From: Desulfatiglandales bacterium
Lineage (GTDB): Bacteria; Desulfobacterota; DSM-4660; Desulfatiglandales; Desulfatiglandaceae
Length of the DNA: 64,000 nucleotides
Reading direction: 5' to 3'
Assembly: GCA_963662465.1 (NCBI GenBank)
Contig: OY759599.1
Location: 2,528,001-2,592,000 of the forward strand
The translations under genes and the position numbers were made by a program. The notes beneath the pieces are model-generated. The model did not search any database and was not told where the DNA came from. It saw nothing but the letters and a program-made list of their open reading frames with translations. Below, one piece after another: positions 61,386 through 64,000 of this stretch. Numbering within the stretch: position 1 is the first letter of the stretch; every line of letters begins with the position of its first letter.

Positions 61386-61735
61386 CACTTCCAACAACCA
61401 TTTCCTTTGATGGCCGAATCGTGGTGAAGGGCTTAATAATCAATATATTTCAAAAATTTAGATTCATGAACGAGGGGGGGGCCTGCGCAGCATCATTTGA
61501 AAATTTCAGGGAAATAACCGGGCAGAGAAAAAAATGGCGTCAGGTTGCCGCGTCAATTATCGGAGATAAGGGTCACAACTTTGACGTTTCAGGAGGGGTA
61601 TGCCGAAAATAGAGCGTAAATCCGTCAAGAAAAACAAAAAATTCTTGGCAAGCATCCAACAGATGGCTTAATCTTCTGATATTATCAAACAATAAAAATA
61701 TTTAAATTTTTACAAGCAATGAGAAAGGCAGGATC

Positions 61736-62881
61736 ATGTTTAAACGTATCTACATAAACAACTATAAATGCCTTGTGAATTTTGACTGTCAGGTTGATAA
61801 CATAAATCTTTTCCTGGGGAAAAACGACTCCGGTAAATCAACGGTGTTTGAGGTTTTAGCCGCTATACGGCAGTTCGTATGTCATGGAGAAAAAGCGGAG
61901 ACCGTCTTTAAAGCTGAAAGCAGAACAAGGTGGCAAAAGCTGAACTGTCAGGATTTCGAGCTGGAGATTGAAAACGAGGAAGGGGTTTTTTACAAATACC
62001 AGCTTTCCATAGAACATCATGAAAACGGACGGAAATCGGAGGTAAGATACGAACGATTATTTTTTGACGACAAACCTCTTTTAATATTAGAAGACGGGGG
62101 GCAGGTGTCTCTTTATCGAGACAACTTCTCCAAAGGCCCTGAATATCAGGTTGACTGCTCATTATCTGCAGTAGGGACAGTTCCGCCTCGCAATGACAAT
62201 ACCAGACTGACCTGGTTTAAAAGCAGGCTGACCCATCTTATCATTGTTCAGGTCATCCCCCCGATGATGTTCAGGGAAAGTCCCGATGAAACGCCCTATC
62301 CCTCAGAATATCTGGAAAATTTCACATCCTGGTACCGTCATGTTTCTCAGGATCAGGGAATGGCATTTCAGCTGATGAGTGAACTGAGAGAAGTGTTGCC
62401 CGGATTTGCTCATTTCAAATTTGAGGCGGTCGGTGAGAAACATCGCCTGCTGAAAGTTTATTTCAAAAATGAGCAGGACCGGATTCCGACAGCTTATAAA
62501 TTTCATGAACTCTCCGACGGTCAGCGTATGCTTATCGGACTATATACCTTGCTATTTGCCGTATGTGCGGACCGGAATCACAAATATACCCTGTGTTTGG
62601 ACGAACCCGAAAATTTTTTGGCATTGCAGGAAATTCAGCCTTGGCTAACAGAACTTTATGACAGGTGCAATGAGGGAGAAATGCAGGCGTTGCTGATTTC
62701 CCATCATCCCGAATTTATAAACTATCTGCTTGCTTCTCCCATAGGGTGCTGGTTTGAGCGTCAGATTAACCGCCCTACCCGGATTAACAACATAAAGGAT
62801 CGGCTCAGGAATGTAATGGACAAAGAAAGCAGGGGAATTTCCGTCTCGGAAATAATTACAAGGGGATGGCTGAATGACTGA
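61736..62881 (+). CDS. ABC-type (AAA_15/AAA_21-like) ATPase
   Basis: Walker A GKNDSGKS, signature LSDGQ, Walker B LCLDEPEN, H-loop SHH. Confidence 0.9.
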   Translation: MFKRIYINNYKCLVNFDCQVDNINLFLGKNDSGKSTVFEVLAAIRQFVCHGEKAETVFKAESRTRWQKLNCQDFELEIENEEGVFYKYQLSIEHHENGRKSEVRYERLFFDDKPLLILEDGGQVSLYRDNFSKGPEYQVDCSLSAVGTVPPRNDNTRLTWFKSRLTHLIIVQVIPPMMFRESPDETPYPSEYLENFTSWYRHVSQDQGMAFQLMSELREVLPGFAHFKFEAVGEKHRLLKVYFKNEQDRIPTAYKFHELSDGQRMLIGLYTLLFAVCADRNHKYTLCLDEPENFLALQEIQPWLTELYDRCNEGEMQALLISHHPEFINYLLASPIGCWFERQINRPTRINNIKDRLRNVMDKESRGISVSEIITRGWLND

Positions 62882-63416
62882 ATATACACAGGTTGTCATA
62901 TTATGTGAAGATCGGCAACAGGAGATTTTCGCCCGGCACTTTCTCGTAAATTGCGGAATCCGGAAACAGCGGATATATGCGAAAGTAGCTCCGAAAGGGG
63001 TAGGCGCCGGTGAACAGTATGTTCGTGAAAAATATCCCGAAGAAGTCGGAAGCTATCGTCGCTTTTGCAATCAAAAGAACATATCATTGGTCGTTCTGAT
63101 GGACGCAGACATGAATACAGTGACAGACTGCCTGAAAAAGTTGGATGATGAACTTGTGAATGCTTCCCTTGCCAAACGTCAGTCAGATGAAAAAATAGCC
63201 ATTTTTGTCCCCAAAAGAAATATTGAAACTTGGATTTCATACTTACAGGATCAAACTCAGACGGTAGATGAAAAAGAAAAATATCCAAAATATAAAAAAG
63301 AGTCGGAATGCAAGCCTTTTGTAAAAAAAATGGCTGTCAACCGCAATCGAGCCCTGCCTGCAAATGCTCCGAGTTCGCTAAAGGCTGCTTGTGATGAATT
63401 GCCTCGGATTCTATAA
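62874..63416 (+). CDS. TOPRIM-like partner protein
   Basis: VILCED, VVLMDAD, PKRNIETW motifs; 8-nt overlap with the ATPase. Confidence 0.65.
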   Translation: MTEYTQVVILCEDRQQEIFARHFLVNCGIRKQRIYAKVAPKGVGAGEQYVREKYPEEVGSYRRFCNQKNISLVVLMDADMNTVTDCLKKLDDELVNASLAKRQSDEKIAIFVPKRNIETWISYLQDQTQTVDEKEKYPKYKKESECKPFVKKMAVNRNRALPANAPSSLKAACDELPRIL

Positions 63417-63455
63417 GTCGACGAACTTTGACGTTTCAGGAGGCAAGCGTGGAAA

Positions 63456-63501
63456 AGGGGTTCTATCAGGGATTTTTCATAACCCCTGAACAGAACCCCC
63501 T
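63456..63501. terminator. Stem-loop after flgE
   Basis: GGGGTTCT..CAGGG / CCCTG..AGAACCCC inverted repeat between convergent genes. Confidence 0.65.
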
Positions 63502-63510
63502 ACTGAAGGT

Positions 63511-64000
63511 TTATCGTTTCAGATTGATGAGTTCATTCAATATATCGGAACTGGTGGTGATCACCCGGGAGTTGGCCTGATAGGCTCTCTGGATGGTGAT
63601 CATGTTGACGAATTCCTCGGCCAGATCCACATTGGATAACTCCAGGGATCCGGAACTAATGGAACCGCGTCCGCCTGAACCCGCTTCACCAAACATGGCC
63701 GCGCCGGAATCCTCGGTTGCCGTAAATACGTTGGTGCCTTTCAAGGCCAGACCATCGTAGTTCTGAAATGAGGCTACCCCCACCTGGTACAAATCCCTGG
63801 TGGCGCCGTTTGAAAAGGTTCCTGAAATAACGCCATCCTCATCCACGGAAAGTTCAGTTAAACTTCCCGAAGCATACCCGTTCTGACTCTGTCCGGTCAC
63901 CTCCGAAAGGCCGGAAAAGCCTGTAACATTAGTAGTAATGGATAAATCCCAATCAATGGTCAGTTCAGCCGCTCCGCTGTTCAAATCCGTAACCACAATT
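63511..64000 (-). CDS. flgE: Hook protein, C-terminal part
   Basis: QNGYASG.L; LELSNVDLAEEF..MI..QRAYQANSR.ITT.....ELINLKR. Confidence 0.95.
   Translation of the reverse strand, partial: IVVTDLNSGAAELTIDWDLSITTNVTGFSGLSEVTGQSQNGYASGSLTELSVDEDGVISGTFSNGATRDLYQVGVASFQNYDGLALKGTNVFTATEDSGAAMFGEAGSGGRGSISSGSLELSNVDLAEEFVNMITIQRAYQANSRVITTSSDILNELINLKR

Larger units (their letters stand above)
61577..63443 (+). mobile_element. Two-gene cassette bounded by perfect 20-bp direct repeats
   Basis: AACTTTGACGTTTCAGGAGG at 61577-61596 and 63424-63443. Confidence 0.75.

Overview
Bacterial chromosomal window, most likely from a Desulfobacterota/deltaproteobacterial genome (inferred from gene content), covering most of a large flagellar/chemotaxis cluster. 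The minus strand carries flgE(partial)-motA-motB-motB-fliLM-[group II intron]-fliNOPQR-flhBAFG-fliA-flgFGAHIJ-flgMN-[cheA-cheR-cheD-HDOD-cheY-cheX-cheB]-flgKL. The left 16 kb is a flagellin locus: an alphaproteobacterial-style flagellin with flbT/flaF, flanked by duplicated TPR-glycosyltransferase pairs, a GT41/OGT-like gene and a sulfotransferase-pyruvyltransferase fusion. The 16.4-23.2 kb region is a mobile/decay island with an IS21 remnant, an intact ISNCY-type element (IRs and 6-bp TSD), duplicated PD-(D/E)XK coiled-coil genes, mqsRA and scattered AAA-ATPase fragments. Main observations: (1) a group II intron whose putative EBS1 matches the TTTTAAG heptamer repeats found in other intergenic spacers and which sits in such a repeat; (2) a family of heptamer-array intergenic elements, one a MITE-like unit with an 8-9-bp TSD; (3) an ABC-ATPase + TOPRIM-like two-gene cassette bounded by perfect 20-bp direct repeats (candidate defence system); (4) a MotB paralogue lacking the conserved ion-binding Asp. 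No rRNA, tRNA or CRISPR array was seen. All family calls come from motif recognition by eye, not from database searches.
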